NCBI RefSeq assembly: GCF_009914755.1
Contig: NC_060928.1
DNA: 64,000 bases
DNA from: the human T2T-CHM13v2.0 reference genome, Homo sapiens
Strand: one strand, 5' to 3'
A program made the position numbers and the translations under genes. The notes beneath the pieces are model-generated. The model had not been told where the DNA came from. It searched no databases and saw only the letters and a list, made by a program, of their open reading frames with translations. This document shows, piece by piece, positions 12,483-32,911 of the stretch (position 1 is the first letter of the stretch; each line of letters opens with the position of its first letter).

Positions 12483-13320
12483 GTAAGTGCCTTTCCCCCT
12501 AGAATTTAAGCAATAACTTTTATGTGAAGAAAGTGATATTAAATAATATTATTAAGTAATATACTTCCAACTTTAATTAAATCATATTTTCGTTTATAAA
12601 GTGTTTTAAATTTTGCTTTCATCTTTTTGACTCACAAATGTAAGTTGTCTGTGTAATTTGCATGCATATTTCATAAATATTTTAAATATAAATTATAGTA
12701 CATTTCCTCCAAAGCTAATGATACATTCAAGCCAGAAGGAATGACTCTGAGTGAAAATTGTCACAGGCATAGTGTTCACACAGGTGATTTCCTGTCATCT
12801 TTGAGTTGTGCCAAGAAATTCAGACCTGGCTCTTTGGTTTGAGAAAAGATATATAATATCAAGAGAGTTTCATACACAATTCAAGCCATTTAAGACAAAT
12901 TTCCTGCATCATTTTCTCTGGAAAAATTAATGTTTTCTACAAAAAAAAATTGCTTATTTTTTAAATTTCTCTCTTTGACAATTTATTCAATGGATTCAGA
13001 ACCATGGTGGCAACTCAAGAAAATTGTAATGCCCTTTGTGTAGTCATGTTTTATTTTTCTTATTTTGCTCTTACAGCATTCAGGTTTATCTCCTATCCTA
13101 GAATTCTGTCTCATTTAATTCAAACGTTTTGCTCTTTTTATATGTCCCAAACGCAAATTTCTAACATGACAAAGTAGGTTTCAAAACAATGAATAATAAT
13201 AGTAATAATAATTTATCAAGAGCATATAGTGCACCAATTACAATTCTAAGCCCTTGCCTGTATTGACTAATTTAATGTTCACAAAAAACCTATGAAGTAG
13301 TTAATACTATCAGCTGATTT

Positions 13321-14594
13321 TTTTTCCATAAGTTATTGGGGTACAGGTGGTATTTGGTTACACGAGTAAGTTCTTCAGTGGTGATTTGTGAGATCCTGCT
13401 GCACCCATCACCCGAGCAGTATAGACTGCACTGTATTTGTTGTCTTTTATGCATCCCCGCCTCACTCTTCCCCTCAAGTTCCCAAAGTCCATTATATCAT
13501 TCTTATGGCTTTGCATCCTCATAGATTAGCTCCCACATATCAGTGAGAACATACGATGTTTGGTTTTCCATTCCTGAGTTACTTCACATAGAATAATAGT
13601 CCCCAATCTCATCCACATTCTTGCAAATGCAGTTAATTCATTCTTTTTGTGGCTGAGTAGTATTCCATCAGATATACATATCACAGTTTCTTTATCCACT
13701 CGTTGATTGATGGGCATTTGGGTTGGTTCCACGATTTTGCAATTGTGAATTGTGCTGCTATAAACATGCGTATGCAAGTATCTTTTTCAAATAATGACTT
13801 CTTTTCCTCTGGATAGATGCCCAGTAGTGGGATTGCTGGATCAAATGGTAGCTCTACTTTTAGTTCTTTAAGGAATCTCCACACTGTTTTCCATAGTGGC
13901 TGTTCTAGTTTACATTCCCACCAGCGGTGTAGAATTGTTCCCTGATCACCGCATCTATGCCAACATCTACTGTTTTGATTCTTTGATTAGCAAATAAAAA
14001 CATAAAGTGGGGAAAGGACATGCTTTTCAACAAAGGACATGCTGGTACAATTGGCTGGCCACATGTAGGAGAATGAAATTGGATCCTCATCTCTCACCCT
14101 ACACAAAAATCAAATCAAGATGGGGACTTAAACCAAAGACCTGAAACTATAAAAATTCTGGAAGATTGGAAAAACCCTTCTAGACATTGGCTTAGCCAAG
14201 GATTTCACGACAAAAAACCCAAAAGCAAATGCAATAAAAACAAAGATAAGTAGCTGGGACCTAATTAAACTAAAGAGCTTTTGCATGGCAATAGGAACAG
14301 TCAGCGGAGTAAACAGACAACCCACAGAGTGGGAGAAAATCTTCACAATCTATACATCCAACAAAAGACTAATATCCAGAACCTACGACGAAGTCAAACA
14401 AACCAGTAAGAACAAAACAAACAATCCCATCAAAAAGTGGGCTAAGGCCATGAATAGACAATTCTCAAAAGAAGATAAACAAATGGTCAACAAACATATG
14501 AAAAAATGCTCAACATCACTAATGATCAAGGAAATGCAAATCAAAATCACAATGCCATGCCACCTTATTCCTGCAAGAATGGCCATAATCAAAG
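13321..14594 (-). mobile_element. 5'-truncated, 5'-inverted L1 (L1PB-like) inserted into a MIR
   Basis: L1 3' end on the minus strand (13321-~13989) and an ORF2 segment on the plus strand (~13990-14594); TSD tatcagctgattt/tatcagttgattt. Confidence 0.88.
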
Positions 14595-14993
14595 TATCAG
14601 TTGATTTGAGATGAAGAACCTGAGGTGGAATGGAGGTTAAATAAATTGCTCATGATAATCCTGAGAAAATAAAAAAGCCAAAAAAAAATCGAATACAGAT
14701 TTCCAGCCCAAGGGCTCAAACGCTCTTCCACCAATGCCGAACTGCACCCGAAAGGCCACGTTAAGGTTTTTTTGAGAGGATATTTTCTGACTTTGAGTAC
14801 ATTGTTACAAACTTGATTTTCTTTATTATGTTATTTTGGCCTTCCTAATAATGAAAAAGGGTCAGGCAACTTCACAAAGTAATCTCATGTGACAAAAATA
14901 ATACCATAATTGTTATGGATAAGAGCTAAAAATACAGTTGTGTTTTATAAATAGTAACCTTTTTTACTGTCATTATTCACATATTTATTCCAC

Positions 14994-15306
<313 letters not shown>

Positions 15307-16147
15307 TTTATTCTACATTTTTTAAAAAGCTTATCATATGACCCGTAATGCCAGAGACCTGAGAGATACAGAATTATGATACTACATTTACCTTCATTAA
15401 GTCCTTTTCTGACAAAGACACAGAAATGACAATATAATGTGCTAACTGCTAATTAGAGATAGAAGGATATAATAATACAACAAGGTCAAGTGATGAATCA
15501 GAGATAAAATATAAGGCAGAAGGTATTGAATTGACAGAAAAATTACAAAAGAAACAGAGAAGCCAAAAAATGTACAGTGCAATTTGAAGAATTTAATTTT
15601 AAAATGATTTATTGAAATATAAGACCCCAAAGTCATTGTACATAAAACATTATTTTACCGAAATCTACATTCCAATTAGATCAAAAGGCTTAAATTATAG
15701 GAAGCAGTAATATCTTATATGCCTAATAAGCAACTTAGAAAATAATAATATAATAATATAAAAATAATAATAAAGTGTTCCTTCAAAATTGGCTGAAAAT
15801 ATACATATGTACCATTAATAAATAAAAATGCTATTTTTGTATGCTAGATTGAATAAGCTTGCTATTAACTCTCATTCACTAAACTGTTTATCTTATCAGG
15901 AAACAATTTCTCCTTCTACCTCATAGACTGTATTGACTCCATCAAGCATGAACACAGATAGTTATTAAAAATCTTATTATGTGCCATGAATTATCTTAAG
16001 CATGAGAAAATATTAACTCATAATAGTTATAAATAACATTCTGCCAGACTAAGATGGACAAGTGTGTGTGTTCTGTACATAAACCAAAACTATCTTCTGT
16101 AATATATAAGTCCAGTATTGCTTTTTTTTTTTGCTTTTTTTTTTTAG

Positions 16148-16445
16148 ATTTACCTGGGAAATCTACCTTTTTTTTAAGGTTTGCCTGGAAAATCTACCAT
16201 ATTACTTCATACTACCAGCATGTTTGGACAGGCTTATGGTGAAGGCGGGAATACTGAGTCAAAGAAGACTGCAGAATATTTCCTGAATTGTGTATACCCT
16301 TCCCAAGAGTTAATGTTGAATATGTTGGGTTTGCATTGTGGTTTCATTAGGTTGATGATTACTTAAGATGTTTTTACCACTGTTTCTGAGTTACAAAAAC
16401 ACATTTCTTTTCCCCTCAAAATAAAATTTCAAGTGATTCATTGGT
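16148..16445 (+). pseudogene. CSN1S2BP: CSN1S2BP terminal 3'UTR exon (alternative acceptor at 16179), AATAAA at 16420-16425
   Basis: Similar to the bovine CSN1S2 3'UTR (ctggaaaatcta, tacttcat.ctacc.gcatgttt, gaagact..gcagaatattt, acatttctttt...aaataaa). The 3' end is approximate. Confidence 0.8.
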
Positions 16446-18815
16446 GTATAATCAGCATTTTTATTGTTCATATTGACCACCGAGGCTACTGATGCTAATA
16501 TAAGTAGTTATTTAACAATTAATTTTAAACTAGCTTATCTACTACCAAAATGCTTTATATACACTTTCTGGACACTTCAATTTTACTTATCATAACCAAT
16601 AATCTAGAACACTACAAGTTTTATATTCTCCCACCACAGCTTGGCTCACAGAACTACTTAGCCATGCTTCTACCATCTTTCTGATTTATTCATGCTTATA
16701 ATTTGCCACAATTTTAATCTCAAACCTTCACCAGAGCCCTCAGTCCTCCTCTCTCAGTCCACCTTGTCAGACTAAAGTATGGAGTCAGCCACTAAGACCA
16801 TAAACCTTTCAAGATTCCTCATTAATGGTGTAACCAAATGAAGAAAGAGCAAAAGCAAACACATGGGTGCATACGTGGGCTCTAAGGCATACTTGGGCTG
16901 CAAGGGAGTCAGCACGTCCTGAGAAGATGGAGGGATGGGGAAAGCTATAAGGAAAGCAGATCAGGAAGGAGGGGATAGGGATGAAAGTTATTTGTTAAGC
17001 ATTTGGTTGTAATGGGAAGACATTACAGGAGTTTCCATTGGGGAGTAACATTATATGATATATGTCATCGATGAGTGAAAAACTTCAAATTTTGAAGACT
17101 TTATCTTTGACTCCATAGAATACGTCAATCCTTTATAATTCCCATTGTATTCCATTCTATCCAATTCCTCTTAGCGCTACTTCTTTTCTTATTCAGACTG
17201 AACATTTAAGGGATTTTCAGAAGCTGACATATGACATATATTTTGAAAAGGTAGAATAAGCAGAAGCCAAGAGAATTTTTATTTTTCCTCATAGAATCCA
17301 TTCACCCCACTCCCATCCACTAAAATTCTGATTACATTTCATTCTTTCTACTCTCTATTGGACTCACTTCCTTTCTTACACAGCCCAGACTTCATGCTTC
17401 ATTATTTTAAATATTATCTTGATAGCTCATATAATTTTTCTGCCCCCCTACACTTAGCCAACCTTACCTGGAAAACACGCAACCACGTAAAACTCTGAAT
17501 TTGATTTCTACTGCCATTCCACCAAAACAGATGAATTTTAAGTAAGTTTATGTTTTTTAAACTGTGTTGGTAACCAAAGACATCTTATCAAACTCTTTTT
17601 CTTGTTGACATTAGTGTTAACTGCCTTTAACTCTCCTTAAACTTCAAACTTATCTCACCAGAAAACAATTTTCCTTTCTACTTCATAGACAATACTGAGT
17701 CCATTGAGCATAAATACTATCCACTTCTTAGTAGGACACATCAATAATTTTATCTAAATCTGAGCACAATTTTAGTTCTCTCAAGTTTTAAAGGATATAT
17801 GACCTTCTTTCAGTTCAAAGCTAATAGCTCTTTTGACTTTTTAAAAAGTTCCTCTGTAATCTATCCTTTTGATAATGTTCATTGTAGCAAAAGTAATCGT
17901 GATAGTTTTAATGCCTAAAATTGAATGAGCAGCTATGTGCAGGGTAATTTATATCTTTGTCTCAATTAGCCTTACTATTAAATTTGCTATATTATCAATG
18001 TAACTATTATTATTATATTATTAAATATAATACATATTATTTTATTATTACATTATTATTTTTAATAAATGTGAGCATTGTTTCCACTTTGAATATCCAG
18101 TACTCAAAACATTATCGGATATTCAGATGAATTATGAGGTTATTCCATATATTTTAGGCCTAATAGTTTGTTTTCATAAATTAAACTAGAACATAACATT
18201 TAGTATAGCTCCTTTTTGCCATTAGAACACAAACATTCACAATTTGCCAAAGACGCTCCAGATTCAAGTTTATCACACTGGTATAGATATATGACTAAAT
18301 ATTTTCCCTGTAATTGAAGGAGATTAGGAAAATATTAAAACACAAACATTATAAAAATCTGCCAATTAGTTGCATACTTATGGCAACATATTTAGTAACA
18401 TATCTTTGCAGAATGTTTCTCTTGTAAATTAAATCCCTTGACATTTTCAAGAGCATAGCTGTCCATCACGGATGAAAAGGCACCTTATTTCCATGACTAC
18501 AAATAGCAGGACATGTTCTGTTCCATCGGTCTTCTAAAATCACTGTTTGTGGATTGAGAGATTGTGTCTAACAAAAGAAGTTACTCATATGCTTATCGTC
18601 TGTTCTTTTTTCAACTGTCAGACACAAACTACTGATTCCCTATCTTGTTAATCACAAAATAATGAGCTTAACAATACCTATTTTTTAGTATTTCATTCTC
18701 AAATAAGGGATCAATTAAGTTTAAACAAAGCTTTTCAACTTCTTCATTTACAAAACCCTAGTGCCTTTGGAGCTTTACATTACAAATGCCTTATATTAAT
18801 GATGTCCTTATATGA

Positions 18816-18860
18816 TTACTTTTAATGGCAAAAACTGCAATTACTTTTGCACCAACCTAA
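18816..18860. mobile_element. MADE1 (mariner-derived) half element
   Basis: ttaatggcaaaaactgcaattacttttgcaccaacctaa matches the MADE1 terminal inverted repeat. Confidence 0.75.
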
Positions 18861-19029
18861 TACTTTTTATCTACTGGGTTGCATTTCTCATATATTTCTG
18901 GGCCTATAACAATACTCACAAACTATCGTTTAAATGACTGAAAGAAGAAAACAAGAAAGAAAGTAAAGAAGGGAGGGAGGAAAAAAAGAAAAAAAAAATG
19001 AAGAAAGGAATGAATATAAGGGGAAAATA

Positions 19030-20700
19030 GAAAAAAAGGCAAAACTATGGGAATGAAAAACTACTAAGTGGTTGCTAGAGTTGAGGGAAAGGAAAGACAT
19101 TGTTAGTTTTTTTTGTTTTTTTTACTACAGAGGGGCCACACATGGGAAATGTTAGCATGATGGAACCCTTACATATGATAAAGTAGTGGTGAATATACAA
19201 CCACATACATTTGCCAAAACATATAGAAGGCTTAAGGTTTAAGAGTGAATATTGCTAATTGCAAATTAAAAATAGAAGTAAACCAAGATGTTGCAGCAAC
19301 CTAAGACAGAATGCAGCCTGTGACAAATAAATCCAACAGTATATATAAATATATGGCATAGCCTCACCAATGCGGGTAGGAGTAAAGGAGTAAGCTAGGA
19401 AACTTCAGGAAACATCATCTTGACTGGATGTTGTAACAACAAAAAAAATAATATTTGCTAATTTCATTGAGACATTCTCTTTGACTTATAGGCTATCTAA
19501 AAGCATGATGCTTCGTTTCCTCATTTTTGGTAATTTTTAAGATATATTTCTGTTATTGACACATAGCTTAATTACATTGGACTGACAAAATACTTCTTAT
19601 TATTTCTATTTTTAAAAATGTATTCAGGTGTGTTTTATGGCCCTAAATATGGTCTATCTTGGCATATGTTCCATGTGACTTTCAGAAGAATGTGTATTCT
19701 ATTGTTGTTCAGTGGAGTGATCTATGAATGTCAATTAGAGCAAATTGGTTGATAGTGTTGTTCAAATCATTTTTTTTCTCTTACTGGTTTACTCCCTCAG
19801 TTTTTGTCTGAGAAAATATTTCTCCTTCACTTTTGAGGAATATATTTCCTGGACCTAGAATTATGTGTTGACAGTATTATTTCATTACATTTAAGATTTT
19901 ACTATTTTCTTCTTTCTTGCATGGTTTCTGACATGCAAATTACATGCCGTAATTCTTAACCTTATTTTTCTGTAGATAATCAGTCTTTTTTTTTCTGTTG
20001 CTGTCTTCAAGATTTCTCTTTGTCTTTGGTTCCCAGCAGTTTCAATACAATATGCTGTATATGTGTGTGTATGTGTGTGTGTGTGTAGAATTTATTCCTA
20101 ATGTTCTCAGGGTATCTTGCATTGGTGCTTTTAGTTTCTGCCCATAATTTTGGAAAGTTTTTGACCACTATTTCTTTAAACGTGTTCTGCTTTGCTCTTT
20201 TTTCTCCTAGGATTACAAATGTTAGAGAATTTGCTATTTTTCAATTTGTGTTTCAATTTGGTGATTTCTACGACATATCCTCAGGGTCTCTAATCCTTTC
20301 CTAGGTTGTGTCAAGTCTATCGATTAGCCAGTCAAATGAATTCTTTTTCTCTGTTAGTAAATTTTTATTTATAGCATTTCTAGTTATTGTTACAGTTTCC
20401 TTCTCTGTGCTGAAATTATCTATGTGATCTTGAATCTCATCTATCTTTTTCTTCAGAATATTTAGTATAATAATCAGTTATGTTAAATTCCCTGCTCGAG
20501 AGTTTCAACATCTGTGTAACAACTGACTCTTGTTCTGATTATTGCTTTTTTAAAAATCTTCAGACCTTGCTTATACCTTTCTGTGTGTCTTGTGATTTTT
20601 TTATTGAATGCCTGATTTATGGTATAGTCATTAGATAAACATGAGCCCACTTTCTTTCTACGAGGGCCTTAGTATAGGGGGGTTGTGTTAATCTAGTCCA
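19030..20700. mobile_element. old L1M fragments in mixed orientation
   Basis: L1M-type 3'UTR and ORF2-like sequence (e.g. gtgtattctattgttg, ggacctagaattatgtgttgacag); boundaries approximate. Confidence 0.55.
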
Positions 20701-21331
20701 CAAGAGAGGAAATTAAATACTTAGACAAAAGGATTTTGTCACTCCTGACAAACAACACTGAACCTAGTATATGACCTAAGAAGGTATCCAGCTAAATTAC
20801 TTCACGTTACTCTGATGTATGACGTGTGCACTGACAACCATTAGTATGCCTCAATTATTCTTTGATATAACATATTACTAGTGTTGTTAGGTTGTCAGTA
20901 ATAAATTCACAGGATAGAAGGGTTCTTTCAGCTTCTAATATTTGTTTCCATTAGCTAATTCATGTTTATAATGCTAATACAGGAAGAGAAACCACACCAT
21001 TGTTTAAAAATATATTTATGTTATTCTATTACATGCTTAACATAAAATGAAGTAATGCATAACCTTTCTTCATCATAATTTCCAATTGATGTCAAAACAA
21101 AGTCAAGTAATGAATATTTGCAAAGTCAATTTAGGAATTAAGCTTAATGTAGTTCCTAAATTTGTCTTTATTGTCATTTTATGGGAATAATTTCCCTATT
21201 TTTATGGTTCTCTGAAATGAAGGAAGTAATTCACAGCCAAATCAGTCAAATTCATAGGTTTTTAAATTATTTTTCTCAGAGTCAATGCTAATTTGTTTCA
21301 AAATGAAAGAGTAAACATTAAGTTAGGGACT

Positions 21332-21339
21332 TATAAATA
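21332..21339 (+). promoter_or_regulatory. PRR27: TATA box (TATAAATA) of the putative PRR27 promoter
   Basis: About 30 nt upstream of a short exon ending in AAG|gtatgc; GAS motif TTCTCTGAA at 21208-21216. Confidence 0.6.
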
Positions 21340-21362
21340 TCCCTGGAAAGAAAGGGAGTGAG

Positions 21363-21421
21363 GCACATTGTCCACGTCAAGACCAAGAGCTGCATCCACT
21401 AGTTTGCACCCTGGAAACAAG
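21363..21421 (+). other. PRR27: putative non-coding exon 1 of PRR27
   Basis: SCPP genes typically have a wholly non-coding exon 1. This one ends ...CCCTGGAAACAAG|gtatgc, like casein first exons. The ATG exon has a bona fide acceptor (catag) at 23640. Start is approximate. Confidence 0.6.
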
Positions 21422-21469
21422 GTATGCTTTTTTTTATGTTAAGATGTTCCCATTTTAAAAATTTCTCTA

Positions 21470-21622
21470 GTGGGTGCAGCGCACCAGCATGGCACATGTA
21501 TACATATGTAACTAACCTGCACAATGTGCACATGTACCCTAAAACTTAAATAAAATAAATAAATAAATAAATAAATAAATAAAAAGAAAATGCACAAACC
21601 ATAACAAAAATAAAATAAAAAT
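21470..21622 (+). mobile_element. very short young L1PA/L1HS 3' end with A-rich tail
   Basis: gtgggtgcagcgcaccagcatggcacatg...aaaacttaaa; TSD aaaaatttctcta/aaaaatttttcta. Confidence 0.88.
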
Positions 21623-21826
21623 AAAAATTTTTCTACCAGATTTCAGTCAGATGGACTTTAATAGCATACTTGTAAATGCATGGCATATTTATATTATTTC
21701 ATAGTTTCCAGAGATTGATGACACAATCTAGTCTGTATAAATCTAGTCCACCTCACACCTGAGTTCTCACTTTAACACTGTATGAGGCAAGACTTAGCAA
21801 AGAAATTTTTTTTTCCCTACATTCAG

Positions 21827-21921
21827 ACTGGACTCAAGAATTCACATAAACCCTAGAAAAAACAGATCAGTTCTGTTCATAAAGCCTCATGTGCTTCTGA
21901 AGAACTGAAAAATAGGGTCAG
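21827..21921 (+). other. candidate 95-nt 5'UTR cassette exon
   Basis: Long T/C tract with attcag acceptor and a consensus CAG|GTAAGT donor. Confidence 0.35.
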
Positions 21922-22509
21922 GTAAGTCTGTCTCATTTAACATGCTATTTCAAGAAAAAAATAAAGAAGGAAAAGGATAATGAAACACTTTTTATTAAAT
22001 TGTGTGTCAGTGAAAACCTGATGTACAATATCAAAGATCACTAAAGCAAAGGTCACTCAGTATGTGGTCAAAGCCATGTTGAACAGGTAAGCAGCTTAGC
22101 CAAGATTAAAAATATGTTTCGAGGAATATGATGATTTTTTTCCAGCCTAGATTTTGTAAGGATTAGGTAGGAAAGAATCCACAATCTTATCAAAAAAAAC
22201 TTGGAAGTTCATTATATTACTAGAATATACATAGTATATAAGCAATACATTCTCACTTCACAAAAAATAGACTACAGAAAATGAAAGAAAAATATACAAA
22301 TAATTATAAAAACAAATTGATCTTCTAATTCATAACTCATTAAATATTTTACCAATACTCATGTTCTTATCTACTACTTTTTTATTTTAAATTAGTTTCC
22401 TGTCATATATAAAGTTGGTGCTCTTTTTATAGTGCTACAAGTCTCTAGAGTAGGAATATTATTCTTGTTTCTATTTGCTGTTTTAGTTATTTATTTGTAT
22501 TTATTTACT

Positions 22510-22870
22510 TATTTTATAATTTTAACTTCTATTTTAGATTCAGGGGCTACATGTGCAGGTTTGTTACATGGGTATATTGCATGATGCTGAGGTTTGGGGT
22601 ATGGATGGATCCCTTCACCCAGGTATTGAGCATAGTACCTAATAGGTAGTTTTTCAGCCCACTTCCTCTCCTTCCTCCCTCCACTAGTATTCCCCAGTGT
22701 CTCATATTGCCATCTTTATGTCCACATGTACTTAATGTTTAGCTCCCAGTTATAAGGGAGAACACGAATATTTGGTTTTCTGTTCCTGCATTATTAATTT
22801 ACTTATGACAATGGCCTCCAACTGTATTCATGTTACTGAAAAGGACATGATTTTATTCTCTTTATGGCTT
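22510..22870 (-). mobile_element. older L1PA 3'UTR fragment
   Basis: acatgtgcaggtttgttacatgggtatattgcatgatgctgaggtttgggg motif. Confidence 0.8.
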
Positions 22871-23651
22871 ATCTTTGCAATATTTAATATTTAAATATTC
22901 ATTTAGCAATATATTATGAACCTAATATGATTATTCTTAACAAAACTTTTTGTTGGGATTTAATATTTTTCACATTATGAGATTCTAAATAATGCTATAA
23001 GTGTCCTTGTATATGCAATTTTTCGGTACAAGTGGAGATATTTTGGCTTTGAAGAAATAAGAAGCCATACACTTTAATAATCAATCAGTTGGAGAATGGT
23101 TTTAGGTTCTCTGAAGAAAACTGAGCCTAATCAAGACACACACCTGAGAATATGCCTTCTCCACTATTCTTCAGAAATAGAGAAAAAAAATTACGATCAA
23201 GTTTAAGATTAGAAATTTTTCTAAGTAGGTGATACCAATCTCCCACTGAATTCATAAAAACAAAACATTAAGAAGCACCCATAGAATGGTGACATTTAAG
23301 CAATTTTATTTCCTGGTAAGACCTCCAAAATAAATTAATTGCAAAATATGTCCCTGGGGAGCTAAATGAGTTGACATCTACTTTTAGACATTTCAGTTGG
23401 AAGTCAATTAACTGTTGAACGGTATCTGCTAATATATATTTATATTGGCTTTAGTGACATTCCTGTTAAGGTATACAGACAGTAGTTAAATAGCAGGGCC
23501 AACTATTCTGTTAAGGGTCTTCCTAGACAGACTAAAAAAGCCATGTATTCTTTCGTTTCTCTCTAAAAGAAGAAAAATATAATTTAAAAATACATTGCGT
23601 ATTTTCTAAAACAATAAATTTATAGTGTTAATATTCATAGGGTCAATCAAA

Positions 23652-30898
<7,247 letters not shown>

Positions 30899-31996
30899 AA
30901 TTCTCTAGAAGAGTACCATGGGTTCATTTCTGTAAGTCATATGTGATAATATAATTTAGAAATTATAGATAAAGAGGTTAAATCTCATAATCTGAAGCTA
31001 CCTTGGAATGTATTATATTTTTTACTACATGAAAATGAGAAAGTGGAGCTTAGAGAAGCACTGGTAGTTTGTGCCTCAGAACCTTTCAAACTATTAACTC
31101 ATGTCTTGCGTAAGGAACTCAGGCTACTTTTGAACAAATAGCGAGTTCCTCCTTAAATTGATCCAAATTGATTATGACTTGAAGATTTTAAATTAACAGT
31201 AGTTAATATAGGTAAAAACCTTTAACGTGGGAAAAGAGGGTTGGACTATACATAGAAAGAGGCATTGTTTAAGTTCTTACAGATTATTCTGTATGCTATC
31301 CCTTCAGCCACCATCCTACCCCATATTAAGAACTACTGTTTTAGAAAACAAACAATTTAGACCTGAAGTCTCCCTGTCCCTACATTGTACCACCCAAAGG
31401 CACAAACAAACAGCTCAACTGGACTCACTGTGTCTTAGTCATCTGATCAGGGGATAAGCAAGAAACTTGGCCATCTTAATTTCAGGTTCTTCTCCTTCAT
31501 CCCTTCTCAAAGATGTTCCAATTTTAATGTTTACCAGACAGGTAAATGACAAGGCTTTGACTGTCAGCCAAATCAAAGTTATTTCTGAGGTGACATCACT
31601 AGCTAAAGTAGAATTGAAAAGCAAATGTGATGGTATTTATTATTGTTGGTGATACCTCTTTACAGCAGCCATTGCCAAAGAAACTAAAAGATATCCATTT
31701 TTAGTTAAACCTTGACTATTGCTATATTCTTTGGTTTTCATTTATTTTACTTTTATGTTAAATGAACAATTGGCTAGTGAATTAGTTCAAGATATTAGAT
31801 ACACATAATAGTTTCATATATTCTGTAGTCATTTGTATTTAGTATTTTGCCAAATAGCATGAATTTGTAGATAACCATTCATTATGGTCTTTTTGAAATA
31901 ACATTAAAATCATAAATCAAGAAAAATAATTTTGCTTTAAGTGTGAGTCATTTGGTCATTTTATTATACTGAACCAATGTTATTTTCTTCTTTCAG

Positions 31997-32180
31997 ATAC
32001 TGATGCAGAAATAAGTGAAATCTACAAAAGTTTTCTTTCTTTTCCAAAGACTATTTCATTCTGTTGTATTCAGAGTATTCATCTCACTACATTGATTTGT
32101 TTGTGGTAGTTTTTCCTTGGACTTAATTTATATTGAAAAAACATTGATAATTAAATAAATAAAATAGATAATTTAGACCA
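31997..32180 (+). other. PRR27: PRR27 terminal 3'UTR exon with overlapping AATAAA at 32154-32159 and 32158-32163
   Basis: ttcttctttcag acceptor. The 3' end is approximate and longer UTR isoforms are not excluded. Confidence 0.75.
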
Positions 32181-32615
32181 ATGGTGATAAGGTCTGGATG
32201 AAAACTACGCTATGGAGGACTGAAATGGCAATCATTCAGCCTAGCCTGGAGTCTGATTATACAGCTACTATAGGATGATGTTAGTATTGGTTTTGAGTGC
32301 AATAGGTTTTTTCCTAAACAAACATATTTTGTAGTCAATGAACTTTTTGTCACAAAACAGTAAAACATCTGTGTTTAACCTATGGTAAACAACATGTTAA
32401 TGAACTATGCTATCCATGACTTAATGGACAGTTCAAATGTGACATCTACAGTTTTTCATTTCTCTTTTATGCCAGCACACAATCAATTCATCACCAATTG
32501 TCATTTGATTTACTTCAAAAAATATACCCCCAAATCCTAATACTTCTAACCTTCTCCACTGCATCTAGCCAACTCTAGCTATTGTCATCCCTAACAGAAA
32601 TGGAGGAATAGCCTC

Positions 32616-32911
32616 TTTTTTTTTTTTTTTTTGAGACGAAGTCTCACACTGTTGCACGGCTGTAGTGCAATGGTGCCAACTCAGCTCACTGCAACTTCCA
32701 CCTCCCGGGTTCAAGTGATTCTCCTGCCTCAGCCTCCTGAGTAGCCGGGATTACAGGTGTGTGCCACCACGCCTGGCTAATTTTTTGTAATTTAGTACAG
32801 ACAGGGGTTCCCTATGTTGGCCAGGATGGTCTTGATCTCCTGACCTCATGATCTGTCCGCCTCGGCCTCCCAAAGTGCTGGGAATACAGGCGTGAGCCAC
32901 CGTGCCCTGCC
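32616..32911 (-). mobile_element. Alu (AluS) inserted in an L2-like region
   Basis: Reverse dimer; TSD gaatagcct. Confidence 0.93.
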
